A stretch of DNA of 42,372 nucleotides from Gemmatimonadales bacterium (GCA_041577295.1 JBFGJG010000034.1:1-42372); one strand, 5' to 3'. Numbered from the stretch's first letter, positions 1-10,100 are shown. Numbers and translations are program-made. Notes: generated from the letters alone by a model not told the origin.

Positions 1-1
1 G

Positions 2-925
2 GGCCCGCAGGACGATGCGCAGTCGCTCGCTGCCATGCGACACGCCCTTACGCGCGGTATCAACTGGATCGACACAGCCGCGGTATACGGGCTCGGCCAT
101 TCAGAGGAAGTGGTCGGTCGGTTGCTGCGTGACCTGCCGCCCCGCGACCGTCCTCTCGTGTTCACCAAGTGTGGTCTGGTGTGGGACGAGCGCGATCCAA
201 TGACTGAGGCGGAGTGGAACCTGCGGCCAGAGTCCGTTCGCCGCGAGCTCGAGGCGTCGCTGCGTCGGCTGGGTGTCGAATGTATCGATCTCTATCAGTT
301 CCATCGGCCGGACGCGACGGGAACGGCGGTCGAGGACTCGTGGGGAGTGATGGTGCGGCTGGTCGAAGAAGGGAAAGTGCGCGCGATTGGTGTGTCGAAC
401 TTCGGTGTCGACCTCCTGACGCGAGCGGAGCGCGTGCGTCACGTCGATTCGCTGCAGCCGCCATTTTCCCTCATACGGCGCGAGGCAGTGGAGCAGGAGA
501 TTCCCTGGGCGGAGTCACACCACACCGGTGTGATCGTGTACAGTCCCATGCAGTCGGGCATTCTGACCGATCGCTTCACAACAGCGCGGGTTGCTGGGAT
601 GGCGGTGGATGACTGGCGCCGCAGCAACGCGGAATTCCAGGAGCCAAACCTCGTGCGCAACCTGACACTGCGTGACGCGCTCCGGCCGATTGCAGCGCGT
701 CACGGGACGAGCGTCGCCGCCGTCGCGGTGGCGTGGACACTCGTTTGGCCCGGGGTCACGGGGGCAATCGTCGGCGCGCGCTCGCCAGATCAGGTGGATG
801 GCTGGATGGCGGCTGCGTCACTGAGTCTGACCGAGCAGGATCTCGACGAGATCGCTGCAGCGATCAAACGCACGGGCGCTGGTCGGGGCCCGGCGCGGCC
901 GACGCCCGTGGTGAAAGGGGGATAG
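2..925 (+). CDS. Aldo/keto reductase (5' end outside window)
   Basis: Frame is open from base 2 (GPQDDAQSLAAMRHAL...). AKR motifs GINWIDTAAVYG, VFTKCG, IDLYQFHRPD, GKVRAIGVSNF, YSPMQSGIL, AIVGARSPDQV. Confidence 0.93.
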   Translation, partial: GPQDDAQSLAAMRHALTRGINWIDTAAVYGLGHSEEVVGRLLRDLPPRDRPLVFTKCGLVWDERDPMTEAEWNLRPESVRRELEASLRRLGVECIDLYQFHRPDATGTAVEDSWGVMVRLVEEGKVRAIGVSNFGVDLLTRAERVRHVDSLQPPFSLIRREAVEQEIPWAESHHTGVIVYSPMQSGILTDRFTTARVAGMAVDDWRRSNAEFQEPNLVRNLTLRDALRPIAARHGTSVAAVAVAWTLVWPGVTGAIVGARSPDQVDGWMAAASLSLTEQDLDEIAAAIKRTGAGRGPARPTPVVKGG

Positions 926-1193
926 CGGGAGCAGCGCGGTCTACAGGGTGCAGCTCACAGACGACCGTCGCCTTTGCAAAATTCCTTGCCGTGTGGCGCG
1001 ATCCGCGGTTTCGAGGGTTATTGAAGCCGGAAGGATAGGCGGCGCCCTCGCTTTTCACCCGCAGCGGCGTGCTAACTTCAGACGCATCTCACCTTGGTTT
1101 CATCCACTGCTCAGCACCTATGCATCGTTCGTTGACGGAACGGCCCAGTGGCGGTGGCCCGAGATCGCGAATCACGATGTCGGGAGTCTGGAC

Positions 1194-2267
1194 ATGAGCG
1201 ATCGATCAGAAGCACCCGAATTGGAACGGCGTGCATTCCTGAAAACCGGCCTTGCCGCCGCGGGCGGGGCGATGCTTGGGCTTGGGGTCGTGGGGGCAGC
1301 ACGAGCGGAGCACGTGCCCGTGCCGCGGAAGAGGATCCGTGACGGCGGCACCATTCCAACTCGCAGGTTTGGCAGTACCGGTCATACCCTACCAGTCCTC
1401 GGCATGGGCGGCTCCGCGATGGTCGGCTTCTGGGCCCGGAGTTATGGGGTTACGCTGGGCGACGTCGAGCAGCGCGCTCAAATGGTGCGCTTGGCGTACG
1501 ATAGCGGCTTGCGCTTCTTCGACACCGCCCGGGTTTACGGAGAGAGCGAACGGATCATGGGGATGGGCTTGGCCGAGGTGCGTGAGAACGTGTATCTCGC
1601 CACCAAGGTCGCCAGCCCAGACCCGGCGCAAACACGATGGAGTGTCGAGTCATCCCTGCGCGAGCTTCGCACCCACTATGTCGACTGCGTCCAAATCCAC
1701 AGCCCAGCCATCGAGCGGGTTGGGTTCGACGGTGGCATGCGGATCCACGCGGAACTGGAGAAGCTGAAAGCCGAGGGGCTGATTCGCTTCATCGGACTCA
1801 CGACGCATATCGCGTTTGAAGATGTGCTTCGCATGATCTCGACCGGCGGGTTCGATCAGGTGCTTCTGGCGTACGGATACTTTCGCAAGGGGATGGACCA
1901 GATGCTCTCCGACCGAAGGATCGAATACCGAAACAAGTGTCTGGCCAGAGCCCACGAACGAGGAATGGCGATCGTGGCGATGAAGGTGTTGGGGGCCAAC
2001 ATCATGAGCCACAACGCGCGCAACGTCGTTCCCGACTACGATGCCGCCAAACTCAGGGAGGTTCCCTCCGCGGCGATCCGCTGGGTCCTGCAAGACCAAC
2101 GTGTCTCCATGCTCAACATCGGAGTCTCTGTGCCCAGCGACTTGGAGGCCAACATTGCGACCTTGACTGGCGACACCACACTGACGAGTGACGATCGATC
2201 GCTGCTGGCCGACTTCAGCGCGAGAGCGTACGAGAGTAGGCTCGTCAGAGCCATGCGACGTGCCTAG
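1194..2267 (+). CDS. Aldo/keto reductase with twin-arginine (Tat)-like signal
   Basis: ATG 1194 after GGAG. LERRAFLK plus hydrophobic stretch ending ARA. AKR tetrad motifs FFDTARVYG, LATKV, VQIHS. Confidence 0.88.
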   Translation: MSDRSEAPELERRAFLKTGLAAAGGAMLGLGVVGAARAEHVPVPRKRIRDGGTIPTRRFGSTGHTLPVLGMGGSAMVGFWARSYGVTLGDVEQRAQMVRLAYDSGLRFFDTARVYGESERIMGMGLAEVRENVYLATKVASPDPAQTRWSVESSLRELRTHYVDCVQIHSPAIERVGFDGGMRIHAELEKLKAEGLIRFIGLTTHIAFEDVLRMISTGGFDQVLLAYGYFRKGMDQMLSDRRIEYRNKCLARAHERGMAIVAMKVLGANIMSHNARNVVPDYDAAKLREVPSAAIRWVLQDQRVSMLNIGVSVPSDLEANIATLTGDTTLTSDDRSLLADFSARAYESRLVRAMRRA

Positions 2268-2352
2268 GTGAGGCGTCCGAGCTTCCGCCCTTTTCCGCCG
2301 TCGATGCTCGATCCCACGGGGAGCTAGACATTTTTTCAAAGCAGTCAGAACC

Positions 2353-3594
2353 CTACACTTCATACTTGTCGGCAAACGCCACGAGCGCCTCTTCAAAAAT
2401 CTCCATCGGGGGGCGCACCAAGCCGGCACCAATCTGGCCGATGCCCGCCTTCTTGTGTGCGATACCGGTGTTGACGCGCGGTGTCAGACTGGTCTCGATG
2501 ACCTTCCGCAGGTCGATACCGGTGGGAGTCCCGCGAAAGTCCAGCGCTGGAATCGTGAAGTATTTGTGCTCGGTGTAGCTGATCTCGTACATCTCCATCG
2601 TCGCGTTCAGCGCGTCCTGAGGCGTGCCGCTGACAAACGTAACAATGGCCGGTGCCGCGGCCATGGCGAACCCGCCAATGCCAGCTGTCTCGGTGATGGT
2701 GCTGTCACCAATATCGGCGTTGGCGTCGTCGTCGCTGTACCCGGGGAAGTACAGGCCCTTGGGGATCTGTGCTGGCGCAGTGAACCAGCGATCACCCAGT
2801 CCGCTAACGCGTATCCCAAAGTCTGTCCCGTTGCGTGCCATAGTAGTGACGATGGTGCTGCGCTCGATACCGTGGGCAGCGTCGGCCATCGCCTTGCACG
2901 CCGCCATTACGGGGTTGAGCACGCTTAGGGCATTGGCGCCAATTGCCTCGAGCACGGCTGAGGCCGTCCCGGCGTCCGGACTCACTCGTGCGACGTGCGG
3001 CGCGAGGGCTCGCAGAAATAAAATCGACCCGGCCTTGTTGCGGTTGTGACCTTCGTCGCCCATGTGTAGTGCCTCGGCGAGGAGCGCCTTGATGTCGATG
3101 CCACCACTCGCTTTGATGGCTTTTTTCAAGACGGGCGCCATCACGTTCTCCATCCAGCGTAGCCGCTGCTGCACTTCGTCGTCGAACGCACCGTAACGCA
3201 GTACCTTGCCGTAACCTTCATTCAGATTCGAGAACGCGCGGTTGCCATGCGTCGAGTTCTCGACGACGTACACCGACATCGAGGATGACGTAACCCCCGC
3301 CATCGGCCCTACCGCTTGATGGTGATGGCACGGCTCGAGTTCCACTTCGCCCCGCTCGATCAACCTGCGGGCACCAGCTTCGTCTTTGACCTTGCCTTCG
3401 AAGATGAGTGCTCCAGTGATGGCGCCGCGTAGCGGTCCTGACGCCCGGTCCCAAGTGATTGGCGGCCCGGCGTGCAACAGCATGTTGTCGCGCATACCGG
3501 GAATGACGTCGCGTGCCTTTCCCAAACCGACGAGAACGGCGTGCGCCTCGATCAATCGCTCGGTCGCTTGGGTGTTTGCCTGGTCGATGTTCAT
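2353..3594 (-). CDS. ylbE: YlbE/YahG (DUF1116) family protein, oxamate carbamoyltransferase AllG-like subunit
   Basis: LLHAGPPITW, PCHHHQAVGPMAG, ALHMGDEGHNRN, TTMARNGTDFGIRVSG, DIGDSTITET, NTGIAHK match E. coli YlbE/YahG as recalled. Lies 3 bp after fdrA. Confidence 0.9.
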   Translation of the reverse strand: MNIDQANTQATERLIEAHAVLVGLGKARDVIPGMRDNMLLHAGPPITWDRASGPLRGAITGALIFEGKVKDEAGARRLIERGEVELEPCHHHQAVGPMAGVTSSSMSVYVVENSTHGNRAFSNLNEGYGKVLRYGAFDDEVQQRLRWMENVMAPVLKKAIKASGGIDIKALLAEALHMGDEGHNRNKAGSILFLRALAPHVARVSPDAGTASAVLEAIGANALSVLNPVMAACKAMADAAHGIERSTIVTTMARNGTDFGIRVSGLGDRWFTAPAQIPKGLYFPGYSDDDANADIGDSTITETAGIGGFAMAAAPAIVTFVSGTPQDALNATMEMYEISYTEHKYFTIPALDFRGTPTGIDLRKVIETSLTPRVNTGIAHKKAGIGQIGAGLVRPPMEIFEEALVAFADKYEV

Positions 3595-3597
3595 CGT

Positions 3598-5313
3598 TCA
3601 GTGCTTTCGCATGCGCTCGAGGATTGAGAGCAACCTATCTTTGCCGCCCGCCGGGGGCCGCCAGTCGACGTGAACGACCGCTGTCTCCTGGACGGAGAGA
3701 CTCGCCGCAAATGACTCGAGACCGACGTTGAGGGCTCGAAGTGGTTGGCGCAGGGCGGCCAGATCCACGGGGGGTAGGGGAGATGTCGTTTCGAGCTCCC
3801 CGAGGCGATGGGCCACGTATGCCGCTGCCGCGTTGCACCGCGTCTCGACGTGCGCGCCGGCGGCCTTCAACCGCTCGATCTGAGCCGCCATATCCTGGGG
3901 GTCCTCGTCCGTGCCCACGACCAGCGCGACCACCTCCAGCATGCGCCCACGGGCCTTCGCATCGGCACGGGTGTGTTCGATCGCGGGCGCGAGCTCGGCG
4001 GCCGGATCGGGGTGCGCACCGTATCCCAGCACGACGTCGACGAGAATCACCGCGACAGTGGGATCGGCTGCTTCGCGGTTCAAGCGCTCGAGCCGGAGCG
4101 CGTTGTCGAGCATGGGGTGCGGACGGCCCACCGTGAACTCGTCAGCTCCGAGATCGAGGATGGTGTGTCCCTGGCTTACCGTTGGATCGGCCAGCTTGAA
4201 ATCCTCGTGCAGGGCCACGTTCGAATACACCGAGGCGAGGTAGCTCTGCAACAGGAGCAACGTCTCGTATGCCAACGTACCACCCGAGAAGAGACCACGC
4301 AGATAGCGCTGCTTGTGACTCGTGGAATGGGCTGGACTTTGGCGCGACGGCATGCCGTCCGCCGACGCAATCAATGCGACGGCTCGCGTCGCAGCGTCGT
4401 CGAGGGACGTGGCGATATGGAGATTGCTCTCGCTCGACGATTCAGCTGGCGGCGCAAAGCCCGTGAAGTAGATCACCACCGGCTTGCCCACGTTCCGAGC
4501 TTGTCGAATCAGCGTCGAGGCGACGTCTGGCGCCGGGGGCTTGGAGAGGAGAACGATGACGCGTGTCTCCTCGTCGCGTTGGAGCAGGTCAAGGGCCTGC
4601 TGGGCGGTGATGCCACCAACCGCGTGGGTCAGGTCACGACCGCCGGTACCCAGGGCGTGAGTGATGCCGCTGCCCAACTGATGAATTCGGGTGGTAACCT
4701 GCTGAAGTCCGGTACCAGACGCGGCAACGAGCCCGATTGGGCCGTGGCGCACTCGGTTGGCGAAGCCAAGCCCCACGCCACCGATAAGCGCGGTGCCGCA
4801 GTCCGGCCCCATGAGCAGCAGTCCCCGCCCGGCCGATTCCTTCTTGAGGGCGACTTCATCCTCCAGCGGCACGTTATCACTGTAAAGGAATACGTTCTTG
4901 TCGAGCTCCAGGGCCTCCCGCGCCACGGAGGCGGCATAGCGTCCCGGTACTGAGACGAGCACCCAGTTGGCCCCCGGCAGATGTTGCGCCGCGGTCGTGA
5001 GGGTCTTGGGTCGGTAGTCCTGCTCGACCACCCTGCGCCGTCGAGTGAGTAGGGTGTCCACCTGGGCCAAGGCATTGTTGGCGGCCGCAGCGTCTTGGCC
5101 GGCGATGCTGATGATCAAATCCTCGGGTTGTGCCGCCTCCGTGTCTGGGGTCGACAGGCCGTTCTGGTCGAGGAGTGTCTTGTTTGCGGGCGTGCCCATC
5201 ATCACCCCGGCGCCCGTCACGCCGGGCAGTTTCATCAGCGCCGTCTGCAATTCCATGAGGACGATGGAGTCGAAGTAGGCGCCTCGTCGAATTTCGACTT
5301 TGATCGCTGCCAT
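3598..5313 (-). CDS. fdrA: FdrA family acyl-CoA synthetase-like protein (AllF-like)
   Basis: YFDSIVLM, MMGTPANK, SVPGRYA, MGPDCGT, ASGTGLQ, GTGGRDL, GLFSGGTL, DLGADEFTVGRPHPM. C-terminal NVGLESFA...VDWRPPAGG as in FdrA. Start taken at ATG 5313. Confidence 0.92.
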   Translation of the reverse strand: MAAIKVEIRRGAYFDSIVLMELQTALMKLPGVTGAGVMMGTPANKTLLDQNGLSTPDTEAAQPEDLIISIAGQDAAAANNALAQVDTLLTRRRRVVEQDYRPKTLTTAAQHLPGANWVLVSVPGRYAASVAREALELDKNVFLYSDNVPLEDEVALKKESAGRGLLLMGPDCGTALIGGVGLGFANRVRHGPIGLVAASGTGLQQVTTRIHQLGSGITHALGTGGRDLTHAVGGITAQQALDLLQRDEETRVIVLLSKPPAPDVASTLIRQARNVGKPVVIYFTGFAPPAESSSESNLHIATSLDDAATRAVALIASADGMPSRQSPAHSTSHKQRYLRGLFSGGTLAYETLLLLQSYLASVYSNVALHEDFKLADPTVSQGHTILDLGADEFTVGRPHPMLDNALRLERLNREAADPTVAVILVDVVLGYGAHPDPAAELAPAIEHTRADAKARGRMLEVVALVVGTDEDPQDMAAQIERLKAAGAHVETRCNAAAAYVAHRLGELETTSPLPPVDLAALRQPLRALNVGLESFAASLSVQETAVVHVDWRPPAGGKDRLLSILERMRKH

Positions 5314-5506
5314 GCTTTCCAATCTGACCCTCGGCGGCCGTGGCAGCCGGTAGTATTTCGAATTCACGAGAGGTCGGCAACCCTGCTTCCCGCCACCCAA
5401 CCACTACAAAGTTCCGCCCGGCGCCGCTAGCATGCTTACTGCAGCAATCCGGTATCGGTGGTGGGTGGCGGGGACCCTTGTAACCCAAATAGTTGGACAG
5501 GCTAGC

Positions 5507-6700
5507 ATGCGCACTCCCCAGCATCTCGAATCCTTTGGCCGTGAGGAACGCTCTCGGCTGGCCGCCGATGCGCAGCGGGTGGTGATCAAACTCGGGACTG
5601 CGGTTCTCACTGGTGTCGATGGGGCTGTCGCGTTGAGTCGGTTCCTCTCGTTCGTCGAGTCGATGGCCAGCCTCCGCAAGGGCGGACGCGAAGTCTTGCT
5701 GGTCACGTCTGGAGCGATCGGCCTCGGGGCAGCCCGGTTGGGCGTCGCCCGCACGGGGACACTGGCTATCAAGCAGGCCTGCGCCGCCGTTGGTCAAGGA
5801 CGTCTCATGGCGCTGTACGGCGATGCGTTCGATCGATTGGGCGTTCCGGTCGCGCAAGTGCTCATCACCGAGGGCGATTTTTCCAATCGCGTGCGCTACC
5901 TCAACCTCCGAAGCACCATTGCAAAACTGCTCAGCATGGGTGCGCTTCCCATTATCAATGAGAACGACACGGTCTCCACCGCCGAGCTGACGCCGGTGCC
6001 TGACAAGGGGCTCAGACGCGTCAACTTTGGCGACAACGACCGGCTTTCGGCGCTGGTCGCCGCCAAGATGGAGGCCGATGCGTTGCTGCTCGTCACCGAT
6101 GTCGACGGGCTGTATACGGCGGACCCGCGTTCTGACAACGGAGCGAGCGTGGTTCCCATCGTGGCGGACGCGGCTCAGGTCGAAGCGGCCGTGGGTGGGC
6201 CCCGGTTAGGGCGGGGAGGCATGCACACAAAGCTCGACGCCGCGCGGATCGCTCAGCGCTCTGGATGTACCACGGTGATCGCCAATGGATCCGTTCCAGG
6301 CGTGATCGACCGAGTCTTTGCGGGTGAAGAGGTCGGCACGTTGTTCCTACCGCACCCCGGATTGTCGGAGAAGCGGCGGTGGATTGCTTTTGCGACCACC
6401 GTGCAGGCTGCCGTGGTCGTTAACGACGGCGCACGCCGAGCGGTCACGGAGCGCAAAGCGAGCCTCCTCGCGGTTGGCGTGCGCGAGGTGCGGGGGCGGT
6501 TCGAACGAGGTGACGTGGTGAGCATTCTCGACGAAGGAGGGCGCGAGTTCGCCCGGGGGATCGTCAACTACTCGAGCGCCGAAGCCAACCGGATCTCGGG
6601 GCTCAGCTCGGAGCGTATCGAGGATCTTCTCGGGGTGGACGAGGAACTCGTGACGAGAGAGAACATCGCGTTTTTGGGGGGAGGCGCCCATGCCGCCTAA
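5507..6700 (+). CDS. proB: Glutamate 5-kinase with PUA domain
   Basis: VVIKLGT, VTSGAI, KQACAAVGQ, PIINENDTV, FGDNDRLSA, GRGGMHTK. C-terminal PUA domain (SLLAVGV, FERGDVV, RGIVNY). Confidence 0.96.
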   Translation: MRTPQHLESFGREERSRLAADAQRVVIKLGTAVLTGVDGAVALSRFLSFVESMASLRKGGREVLLVTSGAIGLGAARLGVARTGTLAIKQACAAVGQGRLMALYGDAFDRLGVPVAQVLITEGDFSNRVRYLNLRSTIAKLLSMGALPIINENDTVSTAELTPVPDKGLRRVNFGDNDRLSALVAAKMEADALLLVTDVDGLYTADPRSDNGASVVPIVADAAQVEAAVGGPRLGRGGMHTKLDAARIAQRSGCTTVIANGSVPGVIDRVFAGEEVGTLFLPHPGLSEKRRWIAFATTVQAAVVVNDGARRAVTERKASLLAVGVREVRGRFERGDVVSILDEGGREFARGIVNYSSAEANRISGLSSERIEDLLGVDEELVTRENIAFLGGGAHAA

Positions 6701-8042
6701 CACGCAGGTTTCTGCTCTTTCAGTGATCGAGGCGGCCCGGCGCGCCAAGCTTGCGGCGGGGGGGCTCGCGCGCATGTCGAACGGTGCCCGTGGCGCCGCG
6801 GTAGCCGCGGCCGCGAGGGCTCTGGATACGCACGCCGCCGAGATCGTCGAGGCGAACGCTGAGGACCTGAAAGCGGCGCGCGTTCAGGTCGCCGCTGGTG
6901 AAATGTCGGAGGCGCTCTTCCACCGCCTTGCACTGGGCGCACAAAAGCTCCACGGTGTCGTAGAGGGGGTCGACCAGGTAGCGGCGCTCCCGGATCCGTT
7001 GAATCGTGTCACCCTTGCCACCGAGCTGGACGAGGGGCTTCTGCTCGAGCGCGTCACATGTCCCATCGGCGTGGTGGGTGTGGTCTTCGAGTCGCGCCCG
7101 GATGCGCTGCCCCAGATCGCCAGCTTGTGTCTCCGGAGCGGCAATGCCGTGTTGCTCAAGGGCGGGCGCGAAGCGGAGCGTTCCAACAAGGTGCTTGTCC
7201 AGGTGATTGGTGAAGCGGGTGTGCAGGCCGGGGCCCCGGAGGGCTGGCTCACGCTCCTCGAAACGCGCGAGGAGGTAGCCGAGCTCCTCGAGGCGGATGC
7301 CTACGTCGATCTGATCATCCCACGTGGCTCGAGCGCGCTCGTGCGTCACATTCAGGCGCACACAAGCATTCCGGTCCTGGGCCACGCCGATGGGGTTTGC
7401 CACGTCTACGTCGACGAGGCCGCCGATGTCGATAAGGCGATTGCGATCGCGGTGGATGCCAAAGCCCAATACCCCGCCGTCTGCAATGCGGCAGAAACGT
7501 TGCTCGTTCATTGCGACGTTGCCCATCGCTTCTTGCCACGCGTTGCGGTGGCGCTCGCGAATTGCGGCGTCGAGATGCGCGGTGATGCGCGAACGCGGTC
7601 GCTCGTCCGCGGGGTCCCCACTGTCGCCGCCACGCCGGCGGATTGGGATACCGAGTACGGTGACCTCGTCATCTCGATCGGCGTGGTGGATTCCATCGAA
7701 GAAGCGATCCAGCACATCAACGAGCACGGCTCGCGCCACACCGATGCCATCGTGACCGAGGACCGCTCGGCCTTTGAGCGCTTCTTCGCCGAAGTCGACT
7801 CTGCGGGGGTGTTTCTCAATGCCTCTACGCGGTTTGCGGACGGGTTTCGCTACGGCTTTGGTGCCGAGGTTGGTATTAGCACCGGAAAACTCCATCCACG
7901 CGGTCCCGTAGGGCTCGACGGTCTCGTCACGTACAAGTATCGGCTTGTTGGAGACGGCCATATCGTCGCTGACTACTCGGGTACCAGCGCGAAGGCTTTT
8001 CGCCACCGCGCGCTGCCGACGGAGGATGCTGCCCGTCTCTAG
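6690..8042 (+). CDS. proA: Glutamate-5-semialdehyde dehydrogenase
   Basis: PIGVVGVVFESRP, SGNAVLLKGG, LIIPRG, catalytic VCNAAETLL, NASTRFADG, GAEVGISTGKLHPRGPVGL. Overlaps the end of proB; SD GGAGG. Confidence 0.96.
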   Translation: MPPNTQVSALSVIEAARRAKLAAGGLARMSNGARGAAVAAAARALDTHAAEIVEANAEDLKAARVQVAAGEMSEALFHRLALGAQKLHGVVEGVDQVAALPDPLNRVTLATELDEGLLLERVTCPIGVVGVVFESRPDALPQIASLCLRSGNAVLLKGGREAERSNKVLVQVIGEAGVQAGAPEGWLTLLETREEVAELLEADAYVDLIIPRGSSALVRHIQAHTSIPVLGHADGVCHVYVDEAADVDKAIAIAVDAKAQYPAVCNAAETLLVHCDVAHRFLPRVAVALANCGVEMRGDARTRSLVRGVPTVAATPADWDTEYGDLVISIGVVDSIEEAIQHINEHGSRHTDAIVTEDRSAFERFFAEVDSAGVFLNASTRFADGFRYGFGAEVGISTGKLHPRGPVGLDGLVTYKYRLVGDGHIVADYSGTSAKAFRHRALPTEDAARL

Positions 8043-8075
8043 GCTTGCGCTCGCACCGCAGGGCGTCGCGGTTCC

Positions 8076-8104
8076 TTGCAACCGTCGCGGGCAACTGATA
8101 CCTT
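8076..8104 (+). promoter_or_regulatory. Putative sigma70 promoter for 8191..8985
   Basis: TTGCAA-N17-TACCTT with extended -10 TGn. Confidence 0.5.
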
Positions 8105-8190
8105 AGCCCTCGCGTAAAGAGTTGCGCATCGACCTCCCCGCCATTCGCCGATGCCGGCGTTGCTGAGCCACCAAACGGGGAGGCTCTAAG

Positions 8191-8985
8191 ATGTCACGTT
8201 TCCTACGCAAAGCGCTGTTCCTCGTTGTTCTCTCCACACTCAGCACGAGTATCGCGTACGGCCAGGCCGATACCACCCTCTACTTCTCGCTCGCCTACAT
8301 GAAGGCCACCAGTCCGGACTATGTAGAGGTTGAGCTCGAATTTTGGAAACCCATCCACGAGGCACGCATTGCCTCGGGGGAGCTGCAGTCCTGGACACTG
8401 TACTCGGTACGTTTTGGAGACCGCACCGAATATGACTACGTGGTGGTCAACGGGTATCGAGGACTTTCGAAGGTCGGCAGCGCTTTTGCGAACGTAGAAG
8501 AACTCGCACGACGGGTGCATCGAGGTACCGACGTGGACGCGTGGATGAGCCGCACATCGAACGCCAGGCAGATGGTCAAATCAGAGCTTTGGACGCAGAT
8601 CGATATGGCGGCCGGTGGGGACATGCACGGGTCGGACATCTCCGTGGCCTATATGAGCGTAGGCCCGGGTGGCGGTTCCGATTACGTGGCGCTTGAGCGG
8701 GACGTCTGGCGGCCAATGCATGAGGAGCGGATTCGCCAGGGCGCATTGAACGGATGGGGTGTATATCAGCTGCAAATGCCAGGGGGCAGCGCCTACCCTT
8801 ACAACTACGCCGCCGTCAACGTATGGAAGGGGTGGGGTTGGGGCCCGTCAATGGGGGACATTGCAGCCAAAGTACACCCGGGCGTTGAGTGGGAGGAGAT
8901 CAATCGGATGACCACTGAGGCGAGAGACATGCCCATCACCCAGGTGTGGCAGGTAATCGAGCATATTCACGAAGAGATGCCGTAA
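8191..8985 (+). CDS. Secreted hypothetical protein made of two homologous halves
   Basis: SD GGAGG; signal peptide ending AYG-Q. Internal repeat AYMKA..DYVEVELEFWKPIHEARIASGELQSW versus AYMSV..DYVALERDVWRPMHEERIRQGALNGW. Confidence 0.85.
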   Translation: MSRFLRKALFLVVLSTLSTSIAYGQADTTLYFSLAYMKATSPDYVEVELEFWKPIHEARIASGELQSWTLYSVRFGDRTEYDYVVVNGYRGLSKVGSAFANVEELARRVHRGTDVDAWMSRTSNARQMVKSELWTQIDMAAGGDMHGSDISVAYMSVGPGGGSDYVALERDVWRPMHEERIRQGALNGWGVYQLQMPGGSAYPYNYAAVNVWKGWGWGPSMGDIAAKVHPGVEWEEINRMTTEARDMPITQVWQVIEHIHEEMP

Positions 8986-9018
8986 AGAACGCGCCCGTAC
9001 CTGTCCGCACGGCTGTAG

Positions 9019-9053
9019 GAGGGCCTAGCCCCGTAAAGGGCCTGGCCCTCTTT
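9019..9053 (+). terminator. Probable intrinsic terminator
   Basis: GAGGGCC...GGCCCTC stem followed by TTT, 33 bp after the stop of 8191..8985. Confidence 0.5.
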
Positions 9054-9241
9054 GTACGTGGCTCACCGTGGCAAGCGAGGGCCGGCTCGACCTCGACCCG
9101 GCTTCGACACATGGCGTTCGCGCTCGGCCATCGTGCGGCTCGGAAGGAATCCCGAGAACGTGGATGAGCCAGCGGTGACCGAGAACCCACTGCGGGGGTA
9201 TATGATGGGCAGGACATTATGGCGTGCGCCGGAGGTATTGT

Positions 9242-9685
9242 ATGCGTGGGTTGACAGTTCTCGGCTGTGTCGCGACAAGCATCAATCTCGCTTGCACAGC
9301 TGGTGCGTTGGGTGTGGATCTCATCGCCGTGGACGTTGAAGGTGCCGTAGTGATTCGGCCGGGTGTGGAAGCGGAGTTTGAGGTAACGGCGACAAACCGT
9401 ACCGACCAGCGGGTGGTGTGGGGCATGGGGAGTTCCTCATGCCAGCTTGGGCTCGCGGTGTTGGTCTCCGGTCAGGTACGCGACATTGATTTTCGCGCCT
9501 GCACCGATGATCTCGTGGAGCAGGGGCTCAACCCGGGTGAGGCTCGCGTCGAATCCTTTTTATGGGGTGGACAAGTGTCGTTGGACGGTACGTTATCCAT
9601 GCTGTCGCCTGGGCTGTATCGCGTATTCGGAATAGCCGGGGATGAAGGCCAAAGCGCAGGGCTTCGCGTGAGGATCCTCGAGTGA
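9242..9685 (+). CDS. Exported/lipoprotein with Ig-like (BsuPI-like) domain
   Basis: SD GGAGG before ATG 9242; NLAC possible lipobox. FEVTATNRT..SSSCQL..ACT..LNPGE..W..LSPGLYRV pattern. Confidence 0.6.
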   Translation: MRGLTVLGCVATSINLACTAGALGVDLIAVDVEGAVVIRPGVEAEFEVTATNRTDQRVVWGMGSSSCQLGLAVLVSGQVRDIDFRACTDDLVEQGLNPGEARVESFLWGGQVSLDGTLSMLSPGLYRVFGIAGDEGQSAGLRVRILE

Positions 9686-9760
9686 CAGTGAAGTGCTCAC
9701 GAATGAGTCCGCTCGACCTCGCTTCGCGGCGCGCTGCTTTCTCTGTTCCGGCCGCCGGCT

Positions 9761-10000
9761 TTACTGCGCTACATGAGCTTCCAGCCACTCCTTGAGCCGG
9801 CGGTCGACGTCGTCGAGGTCCTCGCCAGGTAGCTGCGGCATGACCTCCAACCGGTAACCGGCGTTCACCAGGAACCATGCAGGCTCGGTGGCCGGCTTCT
9901 TCCGCGCCGCATTGACAGGCTGCCCGTCGTAAGACACGAAGCGAAAGCTGCGGCCGAGATGGGTGATGATGCGTTGTTCTACTCTATACCGACTGCCCAT
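9761..10000 (-). CDS. Small hypothetical protein
   Basis: GGAGG upstream. Coding-like MGSRYRVEQRIITHLGRSFRFVSYDG...WLEAHVAQ, downstream of the cold-shock gene on the same strand. Start may be GTG 9982. Confidence 0.7.
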   Translation of the reverse strand: MGSRYRVEQRIITHLGRSFRFVSYDGQPVNAARKKPATEPAWFLVNAGYRLEVMPQLPGEDLDDVDRRLKEWLEAHVAQ

Positions 10001-10100
10001 GTCTCGCCCGGGTTGAACCTCCGTTGTGTAGCGGGTGGGCGGTGCTGGGTCCACCGACGCCGTCAGTGCGACCCAGTTCCGCCGGGACTCGGATGGGCGG

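Noticed and set aside
6720..8081. Long antisense ORFs (also 3808..4953, 17662..18612, 24349..25308, 33656..34597, 39896..40882)
   Set aside because: They shadow well-supported genes on the opposite strand and have no family motifs; this is expected in GC-rich DNA.
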